Positions 16,464-25,819 of a DNA stretch of 31,298 nucleotides are shown one piece after another. A program made the translations under genes and the position numbers. Source of the stretch: Candidatus Hodarchaeota archaeon (GTDB lineage: Archaea; Asgardarchaeota; Heimdallarchaeia; Hodarchaeales; Hodarchaeaceae). Under the pieces are notes generated by a model. It was not told where the DNA came from. It ran no database searches and was given only the letters and a program-made list of their open reading frames with translations. Numbering within the stretch: the stretch's first letter is position 1; each line of letters starts with the position of its first letter. The stretch spans positions 1 to 31,298 of the forward strand of contig JAEOTM010000123.1 of NCBI GenBank assembly GCA_016839815.1, given 5' to 3'.

Positions 16464-17054
16464 TTGGATATAGAACTCATACAAGTCACTGGAACAAAAG
16501 GGATTATTGAAGGGATGAAAACCTCGCGTAGGAGAGACGAGATAGATAATATTCCCAAGAAAGTCTTTAGTTGGGGACATTGGTCTGTACTCGAACATAG
16601 CTCATTAACGGTTAAAATTTCGAATATTAGTAGAGCGTGTACCCATCAACTTGTCAGACATAGAGTAGGAAATTCATATACACAGGAATCACAACGTTAT
16701 TTTGATCCTCTCACTGATCCTGATTGGTACGTTATTCCTCCACGAATTGAACAAAGCAAAGAATTATTAGAAAAGTACCGAGAGGCAAGACAACAAGAAG
16801 CTGATGAATATCGATTTTATCGTGAAAACGGTATTCCTAAAGAGGACGCACGATTTTGTTTGCCCAATGCCTGTAAGACTATTGTTACTTGGACTTTTAA
16901 TATGAGTAGTCTTATTTGGTTTTTAGAAATGCGGAAAGCTAAGGTTGCTCAATGGGAAATCCGTATTCTCGCTGAAAAAATTTATGATCTTGTCATGAGC
17001 TTACCCGATTGGGCTGAATTTCTGCAACACTGGGAACCTGAACAGAGACGATGA
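16464..17054 (+). CDS. thyX: Flavin-dependent thymidylate synthase
   Basis: GHWSVLEH, ISRACTHQLVRHR, SYTQESQRY, EDARFCLP, AQWEIR. TTG start with GGTGGA SD. Confidence 0.95.
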   Translation: MDIELIQVTGTKGIIEGMKTSRRRDEIDNIPKKVFSWGHWSVLEHSSLTVKISNISRACTHQLVRHRVGNSYTQESQRYFDPLTDPDWYVIPPRIEQSKELLEKYREARQQEADEYRFYRENGIPKEDARFCLPNACKTIVTWTFNMSSLIWFLEMRKAKVAQWEIRILAEKIYDLVMSLPDWAEFLQHWEPEQRR

Positions 17055-17216
17055 GTCTTATCAGATCTTTTTAGACGCTCTAACTCGAGGGATAAAAAGT
17101 TAGTATTAAAAGTCCTTTAGTTATTATGTCCATAATTCAATTAATTTTACTGTCTAGTGATATATGGATAGGATAAATCTTTGATCTCAAAGGAGAAACG
17201 CGTTTTTAAGTCTGAT

Positions 17217-18746
17217 ATGAATCTCAAATTATACGAATACGGAGAAATTACTCTCCATAGTAAAAATCAGTTTGAATTACGTCTCGATTATTCCGTTGAT
17301 CCACAAGACGAAGAAACTAAATTTGAATTAGAATCTTATTTCTTTATCCCTCAAAGCTTTCGAATTACCCCTTGGAACTATCCTAAAGAAAGATTTTATG
17401 AGGACATGCAAGTATACATCCGATTTAATCCAGTTTTAATCACTCTAAGTGAGTTAATCAACCCTGCTAATCCTATTTCTCCCCTAAATCGTTCAATGGA
17501 GTTTATGAAACGAATTTTCGCTGGAGATACATCAACAGAAATAGTTCCTAATATCATACATGAACTGAAAATGTTAGCGGTAATAGTTACGGCTAGTGTC
17601 AAAAAACACACAGAATTGATTCGGACCCTCCTCCAGATTGAGGATATCACAAGTCAAGACCTAGTAGACACAAAAAAACAAGCCAAAGAATTTCTGAATC
17701 AACTTCAGGCGTTTAATTTCACATTCCAGAAGAAGAGGAAGGAATTCATAACACCATTTACACCCATTGAGTTGAAAGAGACCTTTGATTTCGTATTGGA
17801 ATACATTAGTATATCTGTACAGCATGAATTGACCAAACTTATGACATTCATGACTCAAAAAACCCCCTTAGCTGGAGAATTCACTGGACTGGTGACTAAT
17901 ATCAAAAATGTATTGAAGAAAGAAAGAGATTTTCGATCTACCTGTGGATTTACTTCGGTCCTTAATCAAAATGAAGAAAACGAAGAGTTCACATATAGAT
18001 ATTCAATACTTAAGAAATTTACTACCAATGTTCTCTATTTAACTGCTCGACCAGATCCCAGTCCTAGATTAATGACAGAATTAACCTATGCTGCAGCTGC
18101 AGGAATTGCCATGCTAATTGCTGTCCTTCTCACCTATGTGGTCCAATTATTTTTTGAAGATTACACTTTACCATTCATAACTGCCCGTGTTGTATCTTAC
18201 ATGATAAAAGATCGCTTGAAAGATTGGTTAAGACTCATATTTGGACAGGAAGGTAGGTTCAGAAATCCTTACGACTACAGATCTACAATTAAAGATAATG
18301 AAGGGAATAAAATCGGTTATTCAAAAGAATCATTTCGTTTTATAAAGACCCCCCCTCAGGATATCATTAAACACAGAAGTAGTTCACATATGACGAAAAT
18401 TGATGGAGAAGGAAGGCCTGAAAATATTATTAAGTATAATAAATCTATCAAATTATATCCTAAAGCAATTTCCGAGTTCCATTCCCGTGTTTTGAATACA
18501 AGTGATATCATTCGCTTCGATGTAAGCAATTTTCTTTCTAAGATTGAGGAACCATATAATACATATCAGTGGTATAATAGTGAAGAGCAAGAAGTTGAAT
18601 TCATTAACGCAGCAAGAGTCTACCATCTGAATCTTATCGTAAGATTCACCCACCATAGTTTGAAGGGAAAAATATCCGATATCAATCGTGTGCGTTTCAT
18701 TTTAGATAAGAGAGGGATAAAACGTATTGAAACTGAGTTCACATAA
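17217..18746 (+). CDS. Conserved hypothetical protein with a central two-TM hairpin
   Basis: Long ORF; ATG 17217 is preferred over TTG 17181. YFFIP..YP...FYEDMQ.YIR, hydrophobic YAAAAGIAMLIAV..VVSYMIKDRLK, C-terminal YHLN..RFILDKRGIKRIE. Confidence 0.75.
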   Translation: MNLKLYEYGEITLHSKNQFELRLDYSVDPQDEETKFELESYFFIPQSFRITPWNYPKERFYEDMQVYIRFNPVLITLSELINPANPISPLNRSMEFMKRIFAGDTSTEIVPNIIHELKMLAVIVTASVKKHTELIRTLLQIEDITSQDLVDTKKQAKEFLNQLQAFNFTFQKKRKEFITPFTPIELKETFDFVLEYISISVQHELTKLMTFMTQKTPLAGEFTGLVTNIKNVLKKERDFRSTCGFTSVLNQNEENEEFTYRYSILKKFTTNVLYLTARPDPSPRLMTELTYAAAAGIAMLIAVLLTYVVQLFFEDYTLPFITARVVSYMIKDRLKDWLRLIFGQEGRFRNPYDYRSTIKDNEGNKIGYSKESFRFIKTPPQDIIKHRSSSHMTKIDGEGRPENIIKYNKSIKLYPKAISEFHSRVLNTSDIIRFDVSNFLSKIEEPYNTYQWYNSEEQEVEFINAARVYHLNLIVRFTHHSLKGKISDINRVRFILDKRGIKRIETEFT

Positions 18747-19132
18747 TTTCTTAGAGCATATATAAAATAATCAAAGGTTATTATTCTTCAAAGAGTTTAA
18801 TTCTAAGATAAAAATTCTAAATATTATTAAATTTAAAATTGAAAGGAATCATTGGAATTTCTATCAAGTTTTTGGAAGTCATTTTTTATTAAATTCCATG
18901 ATCAATAATTATATTTAGTTTAATAAGAATTTCTCATCTTTGTTCTCACTTGATAGTGATAAATTATTTTTTATAGATTTTTCAATGGATTCGATAAAAA
19001 ACATATTGATTTACGCGTTTTCATATTATAATTTTAGATAGAAAGCTTTTTATAATGTAAGAATTAATCAGTTTTCTGTTTGAAATTTCATGCAAAAGTG
19101 TTTTCAAACAAAATATTTTAGGAGAATAGAAT

Positions 19133-20881
19133 ATGGTAAAACGAATGAATAAGGTTATGGCGGAAATATCGGTCATATTCCTTATAGTATGTCCTATTTT
19201 CATGATAGGATCGAGTGCTATGCAAACGAATAGCGCTTATCCCTCCGCAAGTCAGGTAGATTACATCGAATACTCCACATTTTTAGGAGGTAGCGAAAAT
19301 GATGAAGGAGGAGTCATACTGTTGGATAGTCAAGGTAACCCCACATGGGTTGGAATGACTACATCGAATGATTTTCCAGTCACCATGGGACCAAGTGTGA
19401 CAGGTACTATAGATGATTGGGTATATGTGGCAAAATTTAATAAAGACAACTTGACAGAACCAATCTTCATTAGAGCAATTGGTGGTGCTGGGGTGACAAT
19501 GGGAACGTACTGTGAGATAGATGAGGAAGATAATCTCTATGTTGGGGGATGGACTACCGTGGGATCAAATTTTGCGACACCAGGTGCTTATGATACCACA
19601 TATAGCGGTGGTCATGATGGTTATATATGTAAACTAGCGAAAAATGGTACAATTCTTTTCACAACCTATTTTGGTGGAAGTAATGAAGAATATTTTAGGG
19701 GAATAGCTCTTGACTCGGAAAATAATATTTGGGTAACTGGAGCTACAGAGTCCGCTACGTTTCCAACAACACCTGACGCGATAGATAGCACATTCAATCC
19801 CGTTCAGATTGATTCGATAAATGGGTTACTTTCAGAAGCATATGTACTGAAACTATCAAACGATGGATCAACGTTACTATATAGTTCCTTCATTGGAGGA
19901 GAAGAGGCAGCAGATGGATCTTACCATATAGCTATTGATTCTTCAGATAACATTATACTCGCTGGAGGTACTAGAGCTGATGATTTTCCAGTCACAGTTG
20001 ATGCATGGGATACTTCGTTCTCAGGTGTTGTAGATGGTTTTTTTATGAAACTAGCTTCTGACGGGTCAATAATATTTGCTTCTTATCTTGGAGGAAGTAT
20101 GATAGATTGGCCTTTAGAGATCCTGTTCGATGCAGATGATAATATCATTCTCGAAGGAGGAACTGAATCGGAAGATTTTCCAACATCAGAAAATGCTCAT
20201 CAAAGAGTGCTTCAAGGGGATTTTGATATTTTCATAACCAAAATTGCAGCGAATGGCAGTCAACTGCTATTTTCGACATTACTAGGAGGCCCAACAAGGG
20301 ATCTAGTCTATTACTCGGCTATTGATGAAGCTTCTTCACGTATCTACTTTACTGGATGCACTTGGGGAACTGGTTGGCCAGTGACTGATGATTCTTCTTA
20401 TCATGGTGGTCGAACAGATATTATCCTCGGAGTTCTTGAATCTGATGGCTCGGAGTTATTATTTTCGACATTAATTGGAGGAATTGAAGTAACTGAAGAA
20501 ACAAGCGGTGTAAGTGATTTTGGCGAAGGATTCATCTTAGTTAGTCCTACCGTAGCTTACATGACCTTCTTTACCACATCTTCGAATTTTCCTGTCACGC
20601 CAGATGCCTATGATTCGGAATTTGACGATACACCCAATCCTGAAACTGTCAATGGAGCAGATACTGGCTTTATGAAACTTGTGTTACCAGAGCTACCCCC
20701 TCCAACCACTACCACCACTACTACAACTACTACAACTACTACAACTACTGTACCGGTAGAAACTACTGATGACACTACCGATGATACTACAACAACTGAT
20801 TCTGCAACATCAATAGGGTTAATAGTGTTCTTGTTTTCACTAGCAATAATTTCAAGGAGAACTCGAAAGAAAGAAAAATAG
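19133..20881 (+). CDS. Cell-surface beta-propeller (SBBP-type repeat) protein with Thr-rich linker and C-terminal TM + basic anchor
   Basis: Signal peptide, repeated S(T/Y)(F/L)GG...D...G.T.S.DFP.T..A.D units, poly-Thr, then SIGLIVFLFSLAIISRRTRKKEK. Confidence 0.88.
   Translation: MVKRMNKVMAEISVIFLIVCPIFMIGSSAMQTNSAYPSASQVDYIEYSTFLGGSENDEGGVILLDSQGNPTWVGMTTSNDFPVTMGPSVTGTIDDWVYVAKFNKDNLTEPIFIRAIGGAGVTMGTYCEIDEEDNLYVGGWTTVGSNFATPGAYDTTYSGGHDGYICKLAKNGTILFTTYFGGSNEEYFRGIALDSENNIWVTGATESATFPTTPDAIDSTFNPVQIDSINGLLSEAYVLKLSNDGSTLLYSSFIGGEEAADGSYHIAIDSSDNIILAGGTRADDFPVTVDAWDTSFSGVVDGFFMKLASDGSIIFASYLGGSMIDWPLEILFDADDNIILEGGTESEDFPTSENAHQRVLQGDFDIFITKIAANGSQLLFSTLLGGPTRDLVYYSAIDEASSRIYFTGCTWGTGWPVTDDSSYHGGRTDIILGVLESDGSELLFSTLIGGIEVTEETSGVSDFGEGFILVSPTVAYMTFFTTSSNFPVTPDAYDSEFDDTPNPETVNGADTGFMKLVLPELPPPTTTTTTTTTTTTTTTVPVETTDDTTDDTTTTDSATSIGLIVFLFSLAIISRRTRKKEK
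20705..20749 (+). repeat. Poly-Thr coding trinucleotide repeat (15 ACN codons, including ACAACTACT x3)
   Basis: accactaccaccactactacaactactacaactactacaactact read directly from the sequence. Confidence 0.9.
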
Positions 20882-20888
20882 AATAACG

Positions 20889-20910
20889 TTTTTCTTTCTC
20901 TTTTTTTTCT
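20889..20910 (+). terminator. Archaeal oligo-T terminator
   Basis: TTTTTCTTTCTCTTTTTTTTCT begins 8 nt after stop 20881. Confidence 0.6.
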
Positions 20911-21015
20911 ATAATTTGTCAAGAAGTCTGATCTACAATGAATTGAGAGTGACCGATTTTAATCTTCAAAATAATAATACTTATTAGATCGAAAATCAGA
21001 AGGAAAGAGACAATA

Positions 21016-23781
21016 ATGAGCAGGAGATATTTTAATAGCAGTTGGACAATACTTTCTGCGATTATACTTGGAACGTTATTGCTAGGGAACGGGGATTTTT
21101 TTACAGGAATCAGTCATTGCAGCATTTCTCCTTCTGTTGACTATCAAGTGTCCTCTAATTCTAATATAGATGAAGTAAAAGCAGATTCAGCGATTTTAAT
21201 TGAAACTGATGAACAATTTAACAGGATAGCTTCCGAGAGACATTGGCCAGGTACAGGTACCGTTTCTAATCCGTATATTATTTCAGATCTAATCTTTCCA
21301 CAGGGAAAGATCTTCATTTCTAATACGAATGTATACTTCTTAATTGTGAATAACACATTTCATAATCCCAATGATGGAATTATCCTCAGAAACGTTGCAA
21401 ATGCGATTATCTATAATAATAGCATCACAAACGCATATGGTAATGCTATTATTGTGGATTCATGTCTTGGTATTAGTATTATAGGAAACTCAATTAATAA
21501 TTCAAACCAGCATAGTATTAGTATCGTTGATACTTACAATTTCACCATTGAAAGCAATATCATACACTATTCTGGACATGGTGGTCAGAACGATGCAGTA
21601 AAATTGAACTATGCAGAGAACGGAAAAATTCTCGAAAATGTTCTAGTAGAGAATTACGGAATTGGTTTTTCTCTAGATAGTTGTACAGATATTTTACTAT
21701 CCTTCAATCAAATAACAAGTACTGGTCTTGAAGGGATTAGGATTGAAAATTCAGAAAGTTGCTCCATTCTTAGTAATAGAGTAATTCTAGCAAATAGTTT
21801 CGGTGTTTCGTTGGAAAATGTCTCTATGTCTACGATTTCAAACAATTTAGTGCAATCTAGCGTTCTAACGGGTTTAAGATTCGCATCTACTACGAATTGT
21901 TCGATCTCCAAGAATCATCTATGGGGCTGTGATACAGGAATAGATATCCTTAGTAATTCTAATTTTTTACAGATCTTTGATAACAAAATTGAAGGAAGTT
22001 CTACCAATGGATTACAGATTATCAATTCAAATGACTGTTTATTAACGAGTAACATTGTAATAAACAACGATGAGTACGGAATAAGCTTAGAGAATTGTGA
22101 GAACAATTCGGTGAGATGGAATGATTTTGTGAATAATAATGGATTAGGAATTCAAGGACTCTCCAATGATAATATCGGTATCCCTCATATAATTGAACAT
22201 AATTACTGGGGTAATAACGCTTCTTCTTATCTACTCGAAGGAAACGCTGGTACTAACGATTCAATTCCACAATTAGATTATTGTCAACTCTTTTCAAATT
22301 TGGATCTTTTTTCGTTTAGTGAAGATTTCGGGTTGTTTCTATCACTTCAATGGAATATTAATGACAATAACAATTGGAATTTAACATACACGATTAGTAT
22401 CTCGCCTAATGCGGGAAAGGATTGGATAGAAGTAGTTTCGGGAATTAATAATCAGTCTTATTCTTGTAATTTTACAAATCTCCTAGCATCTTATCAATAT
22501 TTAATCAAAATTTCAGCAAGAAGTGAGGAAGGAATACTCAAAGTTGTTTACTCGGATAAATTTGTCTACTATGAAGGAGTTAGCGGATTAACAATTACCT
22601 CTCCAACTAATAATGAGAGTCTTAGAAAAAATTCCATAATTTCCTGGAAAGCTACTTTTCCCCTACATATCAGAGATTTATTCTATTCCATATTTATTTC
22701 AGAAAATAACATTTCATGGCATTTAGTGCAAGCTTGGGTCTTCGGAGAGACAGTTAATTGGAATACATCCGAGTATTCGGATGGAACCTACTATCTCAAA
22801 ATTATTACACATAATTTCCACAATCTAAAATGGGAGAATTATTTCAATGGAACTTTTGAGATTGATAATCATTATCTTAATCCTGAACCTGTTCTGATAT
22901 CACCGATAGAAGGAGAAATTTTAAGTGGGAATGTATTTCTTTCTTGGATAGAATCATTTGATTTCAAGGGATTTCCAGTAACCTACAATGTTTTTTATTC
23001 TTCAATTGAGGGTTGGGAGCCTATAGTCATGAATCTCTCTTCTTCATCTTATACATGGGACACAACAACGGTTAAAGATGGATCTAATTATAGATTAAGG
23101 ATAGAAGCAAGAGGAGGATTGGATGAGTATATTCGATATGAAACTACATTTAGTTTTACTATAGAAAATGTCACTGCTCCTCCTTTAGAGACAACTATAA
23201 TTTTTGTTCTAGTGCTTGCTATTATTGGATTAATATCCGTAGTATATCTACTTCGGAAACGGTTAACAGCGGCTGAATTAGCACTCAAAGTGAAAGAATT
23301 AAAAGTCGGTTTTTGTTTAGGAACTTTTACCGATAAGGGATTGATTATTCGTCAAAAAAATGAGGATTGTCCTTATGATAATTTATCGTTGCTTTCTGGT
23401 CTCGAGTATGGAGCCGTTTTAGTACAGCGTAGTAAATATGAAATAATCTATGGTCCATTCCCTCATCCCCCTGATCAGGATGGAAACGAATGGTACAATG
23501 TAGTTTATGGATTTAAAATTCATGATTCACAGGTTGTTGACTCTCGAATAGTACAACAGCAAGGAGAAACCCCAGCTTTACTACTAGTTTACTATCCAAG
23601 ACAATTTGATGTTCTTTTCATGCTTCAAAAACAAAAAATTGAAGATTACTTAGGAAAAACTCTGAATGAGTTAGATATAGATGATCTTATCCTTAGAGGT
23701 TTTGATATAATCCATGAAAAAGTGCGTCAAATTCTTTTAGATTATAAACCAATTGAGATGGATTTAGTCCTAGAAGAGTAA
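21016..23781 (+). CDS. Single-pass membrane protein: NosD/parallel beta-helix, FN3/Ig-like repeats, TM helix, ~175-aa cytoplasmic alpha/beta domain
   Basis: Signal peptide, WPGTGTVSNPYII lead-in, many GI.l....N..I..N repeats ending WNDFVNN..HNYW, three FN3-like units (W..Y.I..S....W..YTWDTTTVKDG.NY.L.I), TM IIFVLVLAIIGLISVVYLL-RKR. Confidence 0.88.
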   Translation: MSRRYFNSSWTILSAIILGTLLLGNGDFFTGISHCSISPSVDYQVSSNSNIDEVKADSAILIETDEQFNRIASERHWPGTGTVSNPYIISDLIFPQGKIFISNTNVYFLIVNNTFHNPNDGIILRNVANAIIYNNSITNAYGNAIIVDSCLGISIIGNSINNSNQHSISIVDTYNFTIESNIIHYSGHGGQNDAVKLNYAENGKILENVLVENYGIGFSLDSCTDILLSFNQITSTGLEGIRIENSESCSILSNRVILANSFGVSLENVSMSTISNNLVQSSVLTGLRFASTTNCSISKNHLWGCDTGIDILSNSNFLQIFDNKIEGSSTNGLQIINSNDCLLTSNIVINNDEYGISLENCENNSVRWNDFVNNNGLGIQGLSNDNIGIPHIIEHNYWGNNASSYLLEGNAGTNDSIPQLDYCQLFSNLDLFSFSEDFGLFLSLQWNINDNNNWNLTYTISISPNAGKDWIEVVSGINNQSYSCNFTNLLASYQYLIKISARSEEGILKVVYSDKFVYYEGVSGLTITSPTNNESLRKNSIISWKATFPLHIRDLFYSIFISENNISWHLVQAWVFGETVNWNTSEYSDGTYYLKIITHNFHNLKWENYFNGTFEIDNHYLNPEPVLISPIEGEILSGNVFLSWIESFDFKGFPVTYNVFYSSIEGWEPIVMNLSSSSYTWDTTTVKDGSNYRLRIEARGGLDEYIRYETTFSFTIENVTAPPLETTIIFVLVLAIIGLISVVYLLRKRLTAAELALKVKELKVGFCLGTFTDKGLIIRQKNEDCPYDNLSLLSGLEYGAVLVQRSKYEIIYGPFPHPPDQDGNEWYNVVYGFKIHDSQVVDSRIVQQQGETPALLLVYYPRQFDVLFMLQKQKIEDYLGKTLNELDIDDLILRGFDIIHEKVRQILLDYKPIEMDLVLEE

Positions 23782-23792
23782 TAAAAAGCTAG

Positions 23793-24359
23793 TCAGAACT
23801 TGTCTTGAAATTCTTTAATAATCGATTCTGCTTTATTTTCTATTGAATCTGCTTTATCAAGTTCTAGCACTCTTGATTGAGAAAGTTTTGATTCTGCTTT
23901 TTCCCTCATACTTGCAATTGATTCAAGAATATCAAATATTCCGTCATTTTCCTTTGCACTACAAACAATGGCGGATTCAATCTCATTGACTTTAGCAGGA
24001 ATGCTATTTATTAAGTCGAATTTATTTGCTGTCAGTACTGTACGTTTACTGGCTGATGGAAAGTTTTGGAGAAACTGCTGATATTCTTGGTGATCGGATT
24101 CCTTAGAAATGTCTATAACAAAGAAAATCTTGACTGGTTTTTGATCGAGCGCATCTTTCCAATATTTTCTAAATGATTCCTGTCCACCAATTTCCAGAAC
24201 CCGTACTTTAGCAATATTTTCTTCCCGGAAACCCAGGGTTGGTTCATGTTCCTCGAACTTCCCTGTAACTAATCGACGTAATATACTCGTCTTTCCTGCT
24301 TCTGAAGGACCAATAAATAATACAAATCCTTTTACCAATCTCAAAAAATCAGTTAACAC
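23793..24359 (-). CDS. Small Ras-superfamily GTPase, Arf/Sar-like
   Basis: G1 GPSEAGKTS, G2 PTLG, G3 EIGGQ (then ESFRKYW), G4 NKFD, G5 CSAK. GTG start 6 nt after the upstream stop. Confidence 0.9.
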   Translation of the reverse strand: MLTDFLRLVKGFVLFIGPSEAGKTSILRRLVTGKFEEHEPTLGFREENIAKVRVLEIGGQESFRKYWKDALDQKPVKIFFVIDISKESDHQEYQQFLQNFPSASKRTVLTANKFDLINSIPAKVNEIESAIVCSAKENDGIFDILESIASMREKAESKLSQSRVLELDKADSIENKAESIIKEFQDKF

Positions 24360-24365
24360 GGTAAT

Positions 24366-25508
24366 TCACCATCTGGAGTCGAAATAGTCATTCACTGTCT
24401 TAATAAAACGTGGACCGATGTAGTAATAGGGGTGGCTCTCTGACCTCTCAGGAATAATTAGACAACCCCGATCTTCAAATATTATAAAGTCTCGCGTAGA
24501 ATAATCTCTCCTCGTCGGTTTTTCGATTTTTTTGATCTTATATTGGTTTTGTCCAAGAGGCTCTGAAATAGTTATATCTTCAGTAGTTAAAATGAAAAGT
24601 TGATGTTTGGTGGTAATCTCTTTTCTTTCTCCAATTAATTGTACTAAATTATTTTCGGGAAACTTCTTGCTAAGAATACCATTGTTAATTAGCTTAACGC
24701 TAGAATAGTGTCGTAAACACATTCCAACTTTAGCTTTAATCTCAGAGAAGAAGTTTAAATATTGATGAGGGATGAAAGAATCATATTCAGAAAGCATAAA
24801 AGTACTTAATTCTTCTAGTTGTTTAGAATAGTGATTAGATACCATTTCTAAGTAGTATTTGCGATGTTGCAGTAATTTATCTAATGGTAAACGAGGTCTG
24901 ATATTTATATCGCTTTTCTTTTGTTTTTTATGAATTATGTGGAAAACATCGTTTCCTGAAGCCAATAGTTCCTCATAATTTTTACTAGTGAACTTTTTTT
25001 TAGCATTAAGAAGTTTTAACAATTTTATACTTGAAATATTCAAATGAAGGTAAGTATAAGCAAGTAAATCAGCAAAATCTAAATCATGAGGATATAGGAT
25101 TCTAAAGGCTTTCACAAACGTATCATGGACAGAACTATATTCAATACCTTCATTATGAATTTTGAATAGAAAATCAATAGCATTTCTCTGAGTTGTTGCC
25201 TTCTGGTCTAGATGATCTTTCAAATCGGTTGTATTTAAAGTTAGAACTAAAGGGGTAGGAATCATTTCAGGATTTTTCCGTAAATACCCATAATTCTCTA
25301 ATTCCTGTACTCGTAAGCTAACTGTGGGTTGAGCGAATTTAACCAAAGAAACTAAGACATTTAAAGTTGTATATCCTCCAAGTTTGAACAGTGATGCTAA
25401 AATGCGGGCATGTTGTTCAGTAATTCCATTATCCTCTCCCTTTAATGCATCGAGTAACAAGGGTTCATAAGGTACAGTCGTTTGTAGATGTTTAGACAGA
25501 TTACTCAT
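24366..25508 (-). CDS. TrmB-like winged-helix transcriptional regulator (divergent)
   Basis: GITEQHARILASL..GGYTTLNVL..AQPTVSLRVQELENYGYL wHTH, a possible second degenerate wHTH, and C-terminal DFIIFEDR..LII..YFDSRW resembling the TrmB effector domain end. Confidence 0.65.
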   Translation of the reverse strand: MSNLSKHLQTTVPYEPLLLDALKGEDNGITEQHARILASLFKLGGYTTLNVLVSLVKFAQPTVSLRVQELENYGYLRKNPEMIPTPLVLTLNTTDLKDHLDQKATTQRNAIDFLFKIHNEGIEYSSVHDTFVKAFRILYPHDLDFADLLAYTYLHLNISSIKLLKLLNAKKKFTSKNYEELLASGNDVFHIIHKKQKKSDINIRPRLPLDKLLQHRKYYLEMVSNHYSKQLEELSTFMLSEYDSFIPHQYLNFFSEIKAKVGMCLRHYSSVKLINNGILSKKFPENNLVQLIGERKEITTKHQLFILTTEDITISEPLGQNQYKIKKIEKPTRRDYSTRDFIIFEDRGCLIIPERSESHPYYYIGPRFIKTVNDYFDSRW

Positions 25509-25819
25509 GAAATTATATCATCCAAATTCATTATTTCTGATATTATAATTCTAGACATCCACCTATTTATAGCTATTGAATGGAAGAAATCGATAGAGTG
25601 TAGATTACTCATTAGGATAGTTTTCAGTACCAAATGTCGCTTTTTTTAGCCTTTAAAAATAAAATAATGAGTGATTCCTTTCTTCTTACCCTGAGAAAAG
25701 AGATTGAGTCCTTGAAAGTCCTCAAAGAGGTGTTTGGAGACAAAACGATATATCAATCTATAAAAAGATGCAACCATATCAGTTTGTCCACCTTTATGCA
25801 AATATTGGAGTGGTTAAAA

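Noticed and set aside
18838-18845. ATTGAAAG, resembling a CRISPR repeat end
   Set aside because: No regularly spaced repeat copies and no cas genes.
20608-20922. 104-aa poly-Val minus-strand ORF
   Set aside because: Mirror of the poly-Thr codons of the surface protein.
21144-23288. Several 63-70-aa minus-strand ORFs
   Set aside because: Antisense shadows inside the 921-aa receptor-like gene.
25634-25819. 62-aa N-terminal extension of the DUF998-like protein
   Set aside because: Family similarity and a GGAG SD start at ATG 25820; the extension is probably untranslated promoter region.
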